NCBI RefSeq assembly: GCF_009914755.1
Contig: NC_060925.1
Source: the human T2T-CHM13v2.0 reference genome, Homo sapiens
Length of the DNA stretch: 64,000 bases
Strand: one strand, 5' to 3'
Of the stretch, positions 1 to 15,684 are shown one piece after another (position 1 is the stretch's first letter; each line of letters begins with the position of its first letter). The notes beneath the pieces are model-generated. The model searched no databases and had not been told where the DNA came from. It saw only the letters and a list, made by a program, of their open reading frames with translations. The position numbers and the translations under genes are program-made.

Positions 1-254
1 TGCAGTTATTAATATGGCTTCATTCAGTTAAACCTATATTCTGCAAAATATTCCTGTTACACACTTAAGTACAACTGGATCAGCAGGATTACTTGCACAG
101 AAAGTGAAGACTTAATTTTCACATTAAAATTATACCTGTTTCCTACTTTTATATCTCAAAATATTTTGGAGAAGACCATTAATGGTCTTGACTGTAACAG
201 TTTATTGCATTTTTATGCCTCATTTTTCAATGTTACGTACTCTAGTTTGGAGTT
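1..254 (-). other. TMED5: TMED5 3' UTR (partial), with candidate proximal AATAAA at 206-201
   Basis: Follows the TAA; plus-strand tttatt at 201-206 reads AATAAA on the transcript strand. Confidence 0.75.
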
Positions 255-473
255 TTAAGTTCTACTTTTCCTCTTATCTTCAAACAGACTCTTCAGCATA
301 TAAACTTGAATGGCTGACACCACCACCATGACCACTAAATTAACCATAGACCAGAAATTGACTCTATCAAAGTTGCTTTCTTGTATGTTTCGATCACGAG
401 CTTCAAATGCTCTAAGCAGAATTTGTATGTGCCCACTTTTGCTTAGTCTGGACTTGATGCTGTTGATGGATTC
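255..473 (-). CDS. TMED5: TMED5 coding exon 4 (coiled coil, TM helix, cytosolic tail, stop)
   Basis: tctccag|GAA acceptor; ESINSIKSRLSKSGHIQILLRAFEARDRNIQESNFDRVNFWSMVNLVVMVVVSAIQVYMLKSLFEDKRKSRT then TAA at 257-255; total 229 aa. Confidence 0.97.
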   Translation of the reverse strand, partial: ESINSIKSRLSKSGHIQILLRAFEARDRNIQESNFDRVNFWSMVNLVVMVVVSAIQVYMLKSLFEDKRKSRT

Positions 474-540
474 CTGGAGATAAATAAAATAATTTTATTA
501 TTAAAGAATGCTCAGAAATTTTAACTTAATTAAAAAATGA

Positions 541-820
<280 letters not shown>

Positions 821-1115
821 AGTTTTTTTCAAAATATGCTTTATGTTTTTTATCCAAACACAATTTTAAGTTAGATGGCTGCACAATTCAATTAAAGGGC
901 AGGTACTATTTATATTACATTAGAGATTCTCTGTAAGGTTATATAATAGTTCTCCTGACATATTTATATTGTTTATAAGTAGTTATTTAACAAGGGAACA
1001 AAGCTACTGTGAATTGAAAATAGGTAACATGAAATTATTCTGAGTGGCATAGCATCAGGAGTTTTACGTACATTATCTCTTTCTTAGTCCTCACACAACC
1101 AAAGGAAATGACTAA

Positions 1116-1360
1116 GGTTTTTTTTTTTTTTTTTTTTGTCGGGGGATGGAGTTTGCCTAGGCACAATCTCGGCTCATTGCAACCTGAGACTGTGCCTGGT
1201 CAAATGATTAAGTTTTTAGAGATGGGGTCTTGCTATATTGGAGTGTAGTATCTATTTATATGTGTGACCATGGTTCACTGCAGCCTTGAACTGGGCTCAA
1301 ATGATCCTCCCCCTAACCTTCTGAGTAGCTGGGATTACAGGTACCTGCTACCATGCCTGG
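1116..1360 (-). mobile_element. Internally deleted Alu remnant plus FLAM-like monomer
   Basis: Poly(T) and partial Alu motifs; aaatga.taag.ttttt repeated around the first piece. Confidence 0.6.
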
Positions 1361-1620
1361 CAAATGATTTCATTTTTAAAAACCCAATTGATATAACTTT
1401 AGGTATTTACCTATTACATAATGCATGTGTTTATAATATTTCCTTCTTTGTATGTTTATCTGAACAATTTAGTATTCAGTAAAACACCCAATGTTTTAAT
1501 ACCACAAAATGGTTGTGAAATTAGAAAACATTTTACTTTTCATATGCCTGCTGTATAATCAGAAGCATAATCTATTTATAATTTAAAAATTCTAACTGCA
1601 CATTTATAAAACAAACTTAC

Positions 1621-1669
1621 CAAGATGCAGTCTTATTTGCACATCTGAAGCTATTTTTATAATAGGGTC
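1621..1669 (-). CDS. TMED5: TMED5 alternative 49-nt cassette exon in intron 3 (frameshifting)
   Basis: ttatcttccag|GACCCT...CATCTTG|gtaagt: consensus acceptor and donor; open DPIIKIASDVQIRLHL in frame with exon 3. Confidence 0.65.
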
Positions 1670-1884
1670 CTGGAAGATAAGTTATTTGAAAACTATAAAA
1701 GGGCTATATTAATATAAAATAAAATTAAGCTGATACTTGAGGTCAAAGTATTTATGGCAAAAATAAAATATTAGAAACAGATTTTCCTGGATAATGCAGA
1801 TAAAATGCTTAGTTCAGTAACTTATTACCATAGTAAGGCCTCTGGCTGTTAATAATTTTTATTTTATTAGAAGACCATACTGAC

Positions 1885-2068
1885 CAGGATGTCTTCCAGT
1901 TTCATATCCAATATATCTGTGCCAGTAATATATTTCTTCCAATCTTCTTGTTCTTGTGCCTGTTCTCCCATATTATCCAGGATTAATTCAAAGAAAATCA
2001 CCTTCTCAGAAATGGTGCTGAATGTATTGTCAAAGCAGAACATGTAATCACCAACTTCAGTCTCTACA
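1885..2068 (-). CDS. TMED5: TMED5 coding exon 3 (GOLD C-terminus, linker)
   Basis: tttttatacag|T acceptor, CTG|gtcagt donor; 184 nt; VETEVGDYMFCFDNTFSTISEKVIFFELILDNMGEQ...KLEDIL. Confidence 0.97.
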
Positions 2069-2153
2069 CTGTATAAAAAAAAGTACATGTTTTAAGTTAC
2101 CTGTATTTCTATTTGTGATGAAAAGCAACTAAAGGTAAAAATAAGAAGTAACA

Positions 2154-2479
<326 letters not shown>

Positions 2480-3031
2480 TTAGTATTGAAAGATAATTTA
2501 TAATTTCTTGGGAAAGAAGCAACCTGAAAATATATATGTTCAAGTACAACTTAGACATGTTTGGCATTTACTCAGTAAATTATGGTTAGTGACCTCATTT
2601 TTGGAAAAGGATAGAATTAAAAACCTGTATACATAACTCATAATAAACTTTAATATTTATACATTATTAAAAGTATTTTATCATGAGTTCAATTCATATG
2701 CAGATATGACTGCCAACCTACCCTACAACTGAGATTAAACTGAGTTTTGTTTTCAAAAGCAGTGATGGATTGTCCTAAATGTCTTCTTCCAGGCCTCTTA
2801 CTGATTTTGCCTATTGACTGCCACTGGCTCCCTTATAGATGTTTATGTTTGATCCTAAATGCTTTTTTTGAGAATTAAATAAAACTAGTTTATATTTTAT
2901 TATTTAATTCTATAAAGGTAATTCAGCCCATCATTAATTATGCCAAGTGCTGAAGAAAAAAATGAATAATATCTGAATTACCAGTACCCTAGTTAAAATT
3001 AGTTTCCCATATTAGCGAAAGTTAAAAGCAG

Positions 3032-3295
3032 GGCCAGGTGCGGTGGCTCATACCTACAATCACAGCGCTTTGGGAGTCTGAGGCAGGATTACTGTAGGCC
3101 AGGGGTTCGAGATTAGCCTGGGCAAAAGTGAGACCTTGTCTCTACAAAAATTAAAAAATTAGCCGAGTACACACCTGTAGTCCTAGCTACTCGGGAGGCT
3201 TGGTTGAGCCCAGTACTTTAGGCTGCAGTAAGCTATGGTCACACCATTGCACTCTGGCCTGGGCAACATAGTGAGACCTTGTCTTTAAAAAAGAA
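3032..3295 (+). mobile_element. Alu (J-like)
   Basis: Alu consensus. Confidence 0.85.
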
Positions 3296-3426
3296 ATTAC
3301 ATTTAAAAGAAAAAGAAAAAGCCTACTTAAGAAAAACCAGTGACATACTCAGATGTTTGCTGCTCTTACAAAATTAATATAGCTAAAGATAAAAGCTTTG
3401 TTTAATGTTTAAAAAACAGATTTGTA

Positions 3427-3796
<370 letters not shown>

Positions 3797-4148
3797 TCAC
3801 TAGCTGTGTAACCTTCAGCAACTTAATTGTTCTATGCCTCAGTTTCCCCATTGGTAAAATAATATTTACGTCATAGGACTGTGGTTAAGAATAAAAAAAT
3901 TAGTACATGAAAAGTGCTGAGAACACTGGCCTGGCATATCAAAAGAATGCAATAAATGTGAACTATTATAAACTCAATTATTTTCTCCCAATTATTTAAT
4001 GAGAGGTAATTCTACACAAGGAAGCAGTAAGATACTTATTTTTCTAACAGTGAATTTTATTATCTCAAAAAGGGAGCAAATAATTGGGGAGAAATAAAGA
4101 CTGACATACATTTTGAACATTTTTAAAATTCTGAAACTTAAAAGATGA

Positions 4149-4449
<301 letters not shown>

Positions 4450-5713
4450 CATTTTTACTTCTTATACACCTATCAAAGAGAAAACAGTTAATTCCAAGTA
4501 TATCAATATAAACTGACTTTTAAAATTACTATTTCTATCTTATTTAGTAATAGCTTATGCAAATATTTTTCTGAGCTCTGCATAGGTAAAATGCCATTTA
4601 AAATGCATTTTAAATGAGTATCTTAAAAAATTATTGTTGAGACATTTTTTTCCTCTCATCCATTCATACATGTATTCAGTGTTTACTGAGTATCGATTAT
4701 GTATCAGGCATTTTGGTTAACAAAGACCAATAATTTTAATAATAGCTAGTTCTTACAATAGTGTTATGTACCAGGGATGTTCTAAGCATATGGTAGAAAG
4801 CAAAGAGTTTTGGTCCATCCTGTCTCCACCCTGCATGTGTATCCCTGGAGACTTATTTGACTTCTCTGAGCCTCCTTGTCTATAAAATGGGAATCTTGAG
4901 TCAAAGACTCTATCTCATAGTGTAATGGAAAGATTAATTTAGAAGCCTATAACATGCCAACCCTTGTTTATAGCAAATACTAGATACTCCATATTTGCTC
5001 TTCTTCCTACAGACTCACAGTTTAAACATATAACAAAACTGACTTAAGAAAATGTTATAGTAAGATAATAGAATGGAACCAGGAAACATACCAGTGAGAT
5101 ATGAAAAGAGGGAAGTGAGGTGTCAGAAGAAGAATATATGGTCTTTTGCTGAACTCTGAACTCAAAGAGTTATAACAAGTATTTTATTTTTATATAGTTC
5201 CCTATGATCAGATCTTTTACTTTCAGGCCTTCTAATTACCTAAAACGAATGAGGTCTGAATAAAAAAAAAAAAATTTACGTACACACAAAGATATACTGT
5301 CCTGTTTTAAGAAAGAAAACTATGGACAAAAATGGCATATAGCCAGCAGCTCAAGAAACTTTAAGACATATACCTGGAACAGTAGCTTTAAGTTAAAATA
5401 GAAAGCTTGTGCTGGCCAGAAGGCAGGTTTAAAATGCCACGATAGATTGAATGGAATACCAGGGGAATACTAATTTACTAACCAAAGCACAGAAAAAATT
5501 TAGCCTGGATCAAAAGAAAACGCTTAAACAAAAATAGAAAGGTTAATGGAAGATGTTTTTGTTTATCAGATGGCACACTATCATGAACTGTTTTAAATCA
5601 TATGGAATTATCTAATATTGATATGTAGTATCAAATGTGCTAACTTTCCATGCCCTGCAGATAACCCACTGGTATTATTCAGCAATGAAACTCAACTAAA
5701 AGAGATTACTTAC

Positions 5714-5811
5714 GTGTGAACTCCATCTGATTTTCTTTGTTCAAAAACTAAGGTTTTGCCTTCTGGAGAGGCAAGATGGAAATCAATATCTAATCCTGCT
5801 CCATCTAAAAC
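5714..5811 (-). CDS. TMED5: TMED5 coding exon 2 (GOLD domain)
   Basis: tttctacag|GTT acceptor, AC|gtaagt donor; 98 nt; [32 protein letters not shown](T), in frame with exons 1 and 3. Confidence 0.97.
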
Positions 5812-6160
5812 CTGTAGAAAAGCATACATGAGAAAAACATATATTACAAATTCTGGAAATAAAAAATTATATACAGTAGATCATATGATGTAAAGATTAT
5901 CTAAGCTAGAGAGGTAAGAAAGTCATCAGTGATGTCTGAGCTAGAAAAGAACCAAAAGATCATCTAGTTCAATTCCATTCATTTTTGGAACTTGTCCCTT
6001 CCTTACCCATTTCTCTCACCATCACCTAAATTTAGGCCTTATGGATATTACTGAAATAAATCTTCCTAAAATAGTGGTTTCATTCAGAATCCCTGTAGAA
6101 TGGACGGAAACACAAAGAGCAGTTCAAATGCTGGGCGTTTTAGTTAAAACTTAGGCAATT

Positions 6161-6619
<459 letters not shown>

Positions 6620-7068
6620 TCATTTACTAGCCAATGAATACAATCTATCCATTTGTAATTCCAAAATGTCCTTCTATGAAGATGATGATGATAATCATGG
6701 CAACTAACAATTATAGTTGATGCCATAAATTGTCTTAAATGCTTTATGTGGATTAATTTATTCCTTATAACAACTCTAAAAGGTAGGTCCTATTATTCTC
6801 ATTTTAGTAAAAAAACAACAAAAACTGAGGCACAGAGAAATCATTTTTCCAAAGTGACACAGCATTAATTCATCTAGGCCACATTAAAAAAAATAAGTAA
6901 AAAATAAACCAAAGTGATACAGCAAATAAGTGACATGGTCAAAATTTGAACTCAGCAATCTGCCTCTAGAATAATTTTTAATAAGTATGCTGTGTTGCCT
7001 CTATTTCTGTTCCATTCTCCTGAATAGGTACTCATCCAATTGTATTCATTCTTTAAGAGCCAGTTTAA

Positions 7069-7197
7069 CCCATTTATGCCTTGTGTTCCATTAGTGGAAC
7101 ACTAAGCATGTAGGAGTTATTTATATCCTACTGCTCAAGGTCATTGCCAAGGTCTCATTTTGCAATTCAAAAAATTGCAACCTCCTGCATAAATGGG
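7069..7197 (+). mobile_element. MER85 piggyBac-derived MITE
   Basis: TTAA-CCCATTTATGC ... GCATAAATGGG-TCAA terminal inverted repeats with TTAA-type TSD; internal palindrome GTTCCATTAGTGGAAC at 7085-7100. Confidence 0.9.
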
Positions 7198-7899
7198 TCA
7201 AGTCCTTTGAAATCTCCTCTGAATCCTCCTGTCCAGTTCTCTCACACTCTCTCTTGTATTACTACAGATTGCACACCTATCCTCTTTGGCACTTATGAGA
7301 CGTTCTCTGGAATCTAAGCATCTTTTTGTAGGATTCACTTAGCATAAACTTGTAGGTACCTTTATGGACACCTATGTGGCATATCCAACATAGATGATAA
7401 GATGGATGAAAATTTTGTTCACTATTTTTATAACTCCAAGGGTACTGGTCCTAACAATGTTATTATCCATATTTTGATTTTTTGTCACAGATGCAAATAT
7501 TTAATAAATGCATCTTTTTATCATCCTATACAAATTAAAGTGTCTCAGTGTTTTCCCTGTAGATCTGTCTGCAAACTTCTCTTCCTGTCTTCCTCTTTCC
7601 CTGCGTTTTCTCTTCTGTATTTATAGTGTTTGCTAAAATTTTAAAAAGAATCTATTTGGAACACTATATAGTACAGCCTTTTAACTGAAAAAAAAAAAAA
7701 CCTAACTCAATGGCTACTCTTTTTCTTAACACTCCATTTTATTTTTCATGGTAGCTTTAATGTGATGATATAAAAAATTACCTACTCCTGTGCTTTTATT
7801 GTTCAACAGAACTGGTTTCAAATGGCTGGCTAAATGTACATAATTTTCTTCTTTAAATCCCAATGAAATGAAGAAGACATGTAACAATTAAAATCTATA

Positions 7900-8226
<327 letters not shown>

Positions 8227-8506
8227 TCAAAAGATGAAAATCTTCAGACAGAAAGGATCTAATAAATGTGAAGCAGGATAAATGAAAAAAGACCATAAAA
8301 TATGGAGTTTTCCAAAGGATTTAAAAAGTACAATCTTCTATCAAAGAGAAGTAGCAGAAGTAGTAGAGAACTGCAAAATACAAGAATTGGGATTAGCATC
8401 AGAATTCTTACATATAACATTAGATGGAAAAAAATAATGGAGCCATGTAGTCAATGTTCCCAAGTAAAAAGATATTTACTGACATGAAAGCAAAAATAAA
8501 GCCATT

Positions 8507-8690
8507 TGCCAGGTGTGGTAGCATGCACTGGTATTCCCAGCTACTTGGGAGACTGAGGTGGGAGGACCACTTGAGGCTAGGCGTTAAAGCCTGTAGTGTT
8601 CTATGAAAGTGCCTGTGAGTAGTCACTGCACTCCAGCCTGGGCAATACAGTGAAAACCCATCTCTAAAATAAAATTTTAAAATAAATAAA
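8507..8690 (+). mobile_element. Alu monomer (FRAM-like)
   Basis: Single arm with A-rich tail. Confidence 0.75.
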
Positions 8691-8920
8691 TAAAGTTATT
8701 TTCAGATATCCAAGGACTCAAAACATTCTCAAAGAATTAAGGATACCCTCCAAAAACAAAAAATATATATATTAAATCAGAAAACAAGCAATGTAACAAA
8801 GCTAAGAAAAGATTTCAGTAAAACAAAGTTAAAAAGCAGTTATTGGTAGTGGCTGTCAGGCTTAATGAAATTGTGAAAAATGATTTTTAAGACTATGGAA
8901 GGTTAATTAAAAAATCATAA

Positions 8921-9222
<302 letters not shown>

Positions 9223-9258
9223 CATAAAATACACTTTAAAAATACAAAATAAATACTA

Positions 9259-9578
<320 letters not shown>

Positions 9579-10349
9579 GCCATAATCTGGAACAAAAATT
9601 CCAGTTGATTTCAATGGAACATGATGGGGATAATAGTAAAACTGTTAAAAGTTAGGTTAAAAGGAAACATAGACATTAATTTTGATGCTGACAAATGGGT
9701 ACTTAAACATTAAATAGAGGGACATCTAATTTGGCAATATACAGATAACCGAAAAGCCCTCCCAGTATAAAACTCCCTGGAAATGCTGGATTATATTTTG
9801 AAAACAATCTTTCCAACTACATAGCAAGGGCAAAGAAAAAAAAGACATGAAAACTAGAGTGGTAAATGGAAGTTTGTGAAGGGGGTTAACTTGTCACAGT
9901 TACCTGGGAGCTTGAGATTTAATATCCCCATGAGGACAGGTCATGAAGCTTTGGGGCTGAATTATGTAAGGGGCAGGAACTAAGAACTATGCATAAAGCT
10001 AGGATCTTTGAAGGGTCATACCATCAGTAAAAGGGTTAATTTTTTTAAAAAGTCCACCAGTACATAGAGATCACAAGAAAGCTTGTCCGTCTTGGCCTCA
10101 AGTCATATGTGAAAAAAACAATATAAGTTCACCAGGTAATTCATCTATAAGCTTACACATCAAGCAAATTTGTAGTTCACAGTTTCACTACCCACATGTT
10201 CAGAGACTCAAGCAGAGAACAATATAAAATGTAGTCCTCCATCGTGGAATGCCTGGGAGGAGGAAATGCAAAAACCTTTCTGGAGGGTCATATCCTCAAC
10301 CTAGGGCACACACGATTCACATAGGATATAGCCCCATTGGGTATGGGTT

Positions 10350-10864
10350 TGATGGGTAGCTTCTGACATGGCTCTCAATGATCCCTGCCTTTCTGATATT
10401 CATACACTTGTGTAATAAATACAACATGGCAAATGTGATGGGATGTTGCTTTCATAATCAGGTTACTAAAGATTGTAACTTCCGTCTTGCTAGCTTGTCC
10501 TCTCTTGCTGGCACTTTCTCTTGCCCTCTTACTCGCTCTGATGAAGCAAAGCTTCCATGTTGTAAAATGCGTTACAGAGAGGCTCACATGGCAAGAAACA
10601 AGGAAGGCCTCTGGCCAACAGCTTGTAGGGAACAGAAGCCTAAGTCCAACAACTAGTAAGGAATTGAATCCTGTCAACAACCATGAGTGAGTTTGGATCC
10701 TTCCCAATTGAGCCTAAGATGACTGCAGCCCTGTGAGAGATCCAGAGTAGAAGACCCAGTTAAGCAGTGACCAGATTTTCCTGACTGGCAGAAACTAAAG
10801 CTAGTAAATATTTTAAGCCAGTAAATTTTGTGGTTGATTAGTTTTTTATCAATAGATAACTAAT
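10350..10864 (+). mobile_element. MLT1-type MaLR LTR
   Basis: cacatggcaagaaac..ggcctctggccaacagc, gatgactgcagccc, and terminal ttttaagcca...caatagataactaat. Confidence 0.75.
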
Positions 10865-11130
10865 GGATCTACATAAGAAAGGAGAGCATCAGGAAAGGAA
10901 TAAATGAAGAGAAAACAATCTTTTATTTTTTTAATCTAATAAATAGATCATTGTTCAAAGTAATAATAGCAACAATGTATTCAGTGATTACAACATGTGG
11001 ATAAGTGAAATGAATGACAACTATAAAGGATGGCAGAGAGGAACTGGGAATACTCAGTTATAATGTACCTGTACTACCCATGAAAGTGGACTTGGATTAG
11101 TTGTAAGTGTATATTGCAAATCTAGGGCAA

Positions 11131-13697
11131 ATTTTTTTAAAATTTTAATTTGTGTGGGTAAATAGTAGGTGTACATATGTATGGGGTACATGAGATGTTT
11201 TGATATAGGCATGCAATGCATATTAACCACATAGTGTAAAATTGGGTATCCATCCCCTCAAGCATTTATCCTTTGTGTTACAAATAATCCAGTTATACTC
11301 TTTTAGTTATTTTAAAATGTACATTTATGCTACAACAAAAGTGCCTTACAAAGCAAAAATATTTTAAAAAGAACAATTAAGTTATGATTGACTATAGTCA
11401 ACTGTTGTGTTATCAAATAGTAGGTCTTATTCATTTTTGTTCTTTTTGTACCCAATAACCATCTCCACACCTTCCCCTCCACCCCCCAGCCTCCCACTAC
11501 TCTTCCCAGCCTTTGTTAACCATCCTTCTACTCTCTATCTCCATAAGTTCAATTGCTTTCATTTTTAGCTCCCACAAATAAGTGAGAACGTGATATTTGT
11601 CTTTCTGTGCCTGGCTTATTTCACTTAGCATAATGACCTCCAGTTCCATCCATGTTGCAGCAAATGACAAGATCTCATTCTTCTTTATGGCTGAATGGTA
11701 CTCCATTGTGTATAAGCACCACATTTTCTTTATCCATTCATCTGTTGATGAACACTTTAGGTTGCTTCCAAATTTTGGCTGTTGTGAACAGTGCTTCAAC
11801 AAACATGGGAGTGCAGGTATCTCTTTGACATACTGATTTTCTTTCTTTTGGGTATATACCCAGTGGTGGGATTGCTGGACTATATGGTAGCTGTATTTTT
11901 AGTTTTTTGAGGAACCTCCAAACTGTTCTCCATAGTGGTTGTACTAATCTACATTCCCACCAACAGTGTATGAGGGTTCCCTTTTCTCCACATTCTTGCC
12001 AGCATTTGTTATTACCTGTCTTTTGGATATAACCCATTTTAACTGGGGTGAGATGATCTCATTATAGCTTTGATTCACATTTCTCTGATGATCAATGATG
12101 TTGAGCACATTTTCATATGCCTATATGCTATTTGTATGTCTTCTTTTGAGAAATGTCTATTCAAATCTTTTGCCTATTTTTAAATTAGATTAGATTTTTT
12201 TTCCTGTATAGTTGTTCGAGTTCCTTATATATTCTGGTTATTTATCCCTTGTCAGATGGGTAGTTTGCAAATATTTTCTCTCATTCTTGGGTTGGCTCTT
12301 CCCGTTGTTAACTGTTTCCTTTGCTGAGCAGAAGCTTTTTAGCTTGATGTGATCTCATTGGTCCATTTTTGCTTTTGTTGCCTGTGCTTGTGAGGTATTA
12401 CTCAAGAAATCTTTGCCCAGACCAATGTCCTGGAGAGTTATCCTAATGTTTTCTGGTAGTAGTTTCATAGTTTGAGGTCTTAGATTTAAGTCTTTAATCC
12501 ATTTTAATTTGATTTTTGTATACAGTGAGAGGTAGAGATCTAGTTTCATTCTCCTGCATATGGATATCCAGTTTTCCCGGGACCATTTATTGAAGAGACT
12601 CTTTTCCTCAGTGTATGTTCTTGGCACCTATGTCAAAAATGAGTTCACTGTAAGTGTATAGGTTTGTTTCTAGGTTCTCTATTATGTTACATTGGTCTAT
12701 GTGTCTGTTTTTTTGCAAGCACCATGCCATTTTGGTTACTATATCTCTGTAGTATAATTTGAAGTTAGGTCATGTGATTCCTCCAGTTTTGTTTTGTTTT
12801 GCTTAGGATATTTCTGGGCTATTCTGGGTCTTTTGTGGTTCCATATACATTTTTAAATTGTTTTTTCTATTTCTGGGAAGAATGCCAAAGGTATTCTAAT
12901 AGGAATTGCACTGAATCTGTAGATTGCTTTGGGTAGTATGGACATTTTAACAATATTGATTTTTCCAATCCATGAACATGGAATATCTTTCCATTTTTGG
13001 TGTCCTTTTCAATTTCTTTCATCAATGTTTTATAGTTTTCATTGTAGCGATCTTTCATTTTTTCGGCTAATTCTTTTTTAATTTTACTTGTGGCTACTGT
13101 AAATGAGATTACTTTTTAAATGTCTTTTTCAGATTGTTCACTGTTGGCATACAGAAATGCTATTGATTTTTGTATGTTGATTTTATATCCTGCAACTTCA
13201 CTATATTTGTTTATCAGTTCTAATAGCTTTTTTTATGGAGTCTTTAGACTTTTCCAAATATAAGATATATCATTTGCAAAGAAGGATAATTTGACTTCTT
13301 CCTTTCCAAATTGGATGCCCTTTATTTGTTTCTCTTCTCTGACTGCTGTAGCTAGGACTTCCAGTACTATGTTGAATGACCGTGGTGAAAGTGTGCATCT
13401 TTGTTGTGTTCCAGATCTCAGAGGAAAGGCTATCAGTTTTTCCCCATTCAGAAGATACTAGCTGTAGGCCTGTCATCTATGGGTTTTATTATGTTGAGGT
13501 ATGTTTCTTCTATACCCAGTGTTTTGAGGGTTTTTATTATGAAGAGATGTTGAATTTTATCAAATATTTTTTCAGCATCAATTGAAATGATTATATGGGT
13601 TTTGTCCTTCATTCTGTTGATATGATGTATCATATCATTCTACTGATTGATTTGAGAATGCTGAACCATCCTTGCATCCCAGGGACAAATTCCATTT
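11131..13697 (-). mobile_element. 5'-truncated L1 (L1MA-like): ORF2 C-half and 3' UTR
   Basis: ORF-track fragments [50 protein letters not shown] are L1 ORF2; poly(T) end at about 11131. Confidence 0.9.
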
Positions 13698-14133
13698 CAA
13701 CCACAAAACTTTTAAAAAATAAGTATAATTGATATGTTGAGAAGAGAGAAAGTAGAATTATATAAAATGTTCAGTAAAAACCAGAGAAGGCAGAAAAGGG
13801 GGGAAAGATGTAAAAAGAAGAACAAGTACAATGAATAGAAAGGAGTTATAAACATGGCAATATTAATCCAACAATATCAGTAAGTACATTGTGAATGGTC
13901 TAAATATGCCAATTAAAAGAACTGCTAGAGTGGATGACAATACAAGATTAACCATATGCTGTCCACAAGAAACCAACTTTAAATATAAAGACACAGATAG
14001 ATTTAAAGTAAATGGATGCAGAAAGATATACCATGTTAACACTAATCAAAAGAAATCTGAAGTAGCTATATTAATGTCAGAGAAAGACGACTTCAGAATA
14101 AGGAAAATCTTCAGGGATAAAGAGGGGCATTAC

Positions 14134-14460
<327 letters not shown>

Positions 14461-15346
14461 TCAACTTTCCAGGAAGACATACCAATGCTTATGTGTATAC
14501 ACCTAACAACAATGTATCAAAATATGTGAGGCAAAAACTGAAAGAGCCACAAGAAGAAACAGAAAATCATTACTATAGCTGGAGACTGCGACATCCCTCT
14601 ATCAGTAATTGACAGAGCCAAGAGGCAAAAAATCAGTAAGGATATAGTTGAACTGAACAGCACCATCAATCAAATGTGTCTAATTGAATCTTGAGAACTA
14701 ATCAATCCAATGATGGCAGAATAACATTCTTCTCAAGCTCATATGGAACATTCACCAACACAGACCACATTCTGGGCCATAAAACACACCTTGATTTGTG
14801 CTGTCAGACCACAGTGGAATTAAGGTAGAAATCAGTAACACAAAAATAGCTGTAAAATTCCCAACTATTTGGAGATTAAACCACACATTTATAAAGAACT
14901 CATGGGACAAAGAAGTCTCAAGATAAAATTTTTTTTAACTTCAATGAAATGAAAATACAACCTAACAAAAATTTGTGGGATACAGAGAAATCAGTGCCTA
15001 GAGGGAAATTTATAACATTGGATGAACTTATTAGAAAAGAAGAAAGATGTAAAATCAATAATGTAGACATCCACCTTAGGAAGCCAGAGAAAGAACAGTA
15101 ATACAAACCTAAAACAACCAGAAGAAAAACATTAGAGCAGAAATCAAGAAAATTGATAACAAGAAATCAACCCAGAAAAAAAAAAAATCAATGAAGCAAA
15201 AAACTGGTTTTTTAAAAAGATCAATAAAACTAACAAACCTCTAGTCAGGCAAACCAAGAAAAAAAAGAGAAAAGACACAGAACACTAATATCAGAAATAA
15301 AAGCTGGGTCATCATTAATTATCTATGGACATTAAAAAGATAATAA

Positions 15347-15462
15347 TGGCCAGGCGTGGTGGCCAATGCCTGTAATCTCAGCACTTTGGGAGGCTGAGAT
15401 GGGAGGATCACTTGAAGCCAGGAGTTTGAGACTAGCCTAGGCAGCAAAGTGAGACCCTGTCT

Positions 15463-15513
<51 letters not shown>

Positions 15514-15670
15514 TAGGCAGGCATGGTGGTGCATGCCTCCCTAGCTACTTGGGAGGCTGAGGTGAGAGGATCACTTGAGCCCAGAAGTTCAAGGCTGCTG
15601 TGAGGTATGATCGTGCCACTGAACTCCAGCCTGGGTGATGGCAAGACTCCATCTTAAAAAATATAAATAA
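15347..15670 (+). mobile_element. AluJ with a (CA)n microsatellite in its linker (15464-15508)
   Basis: Alu arms around about 22 CA units. Confidence 0.88.
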
Positions 15671-15684
15671 AAGGATAATAGTGG

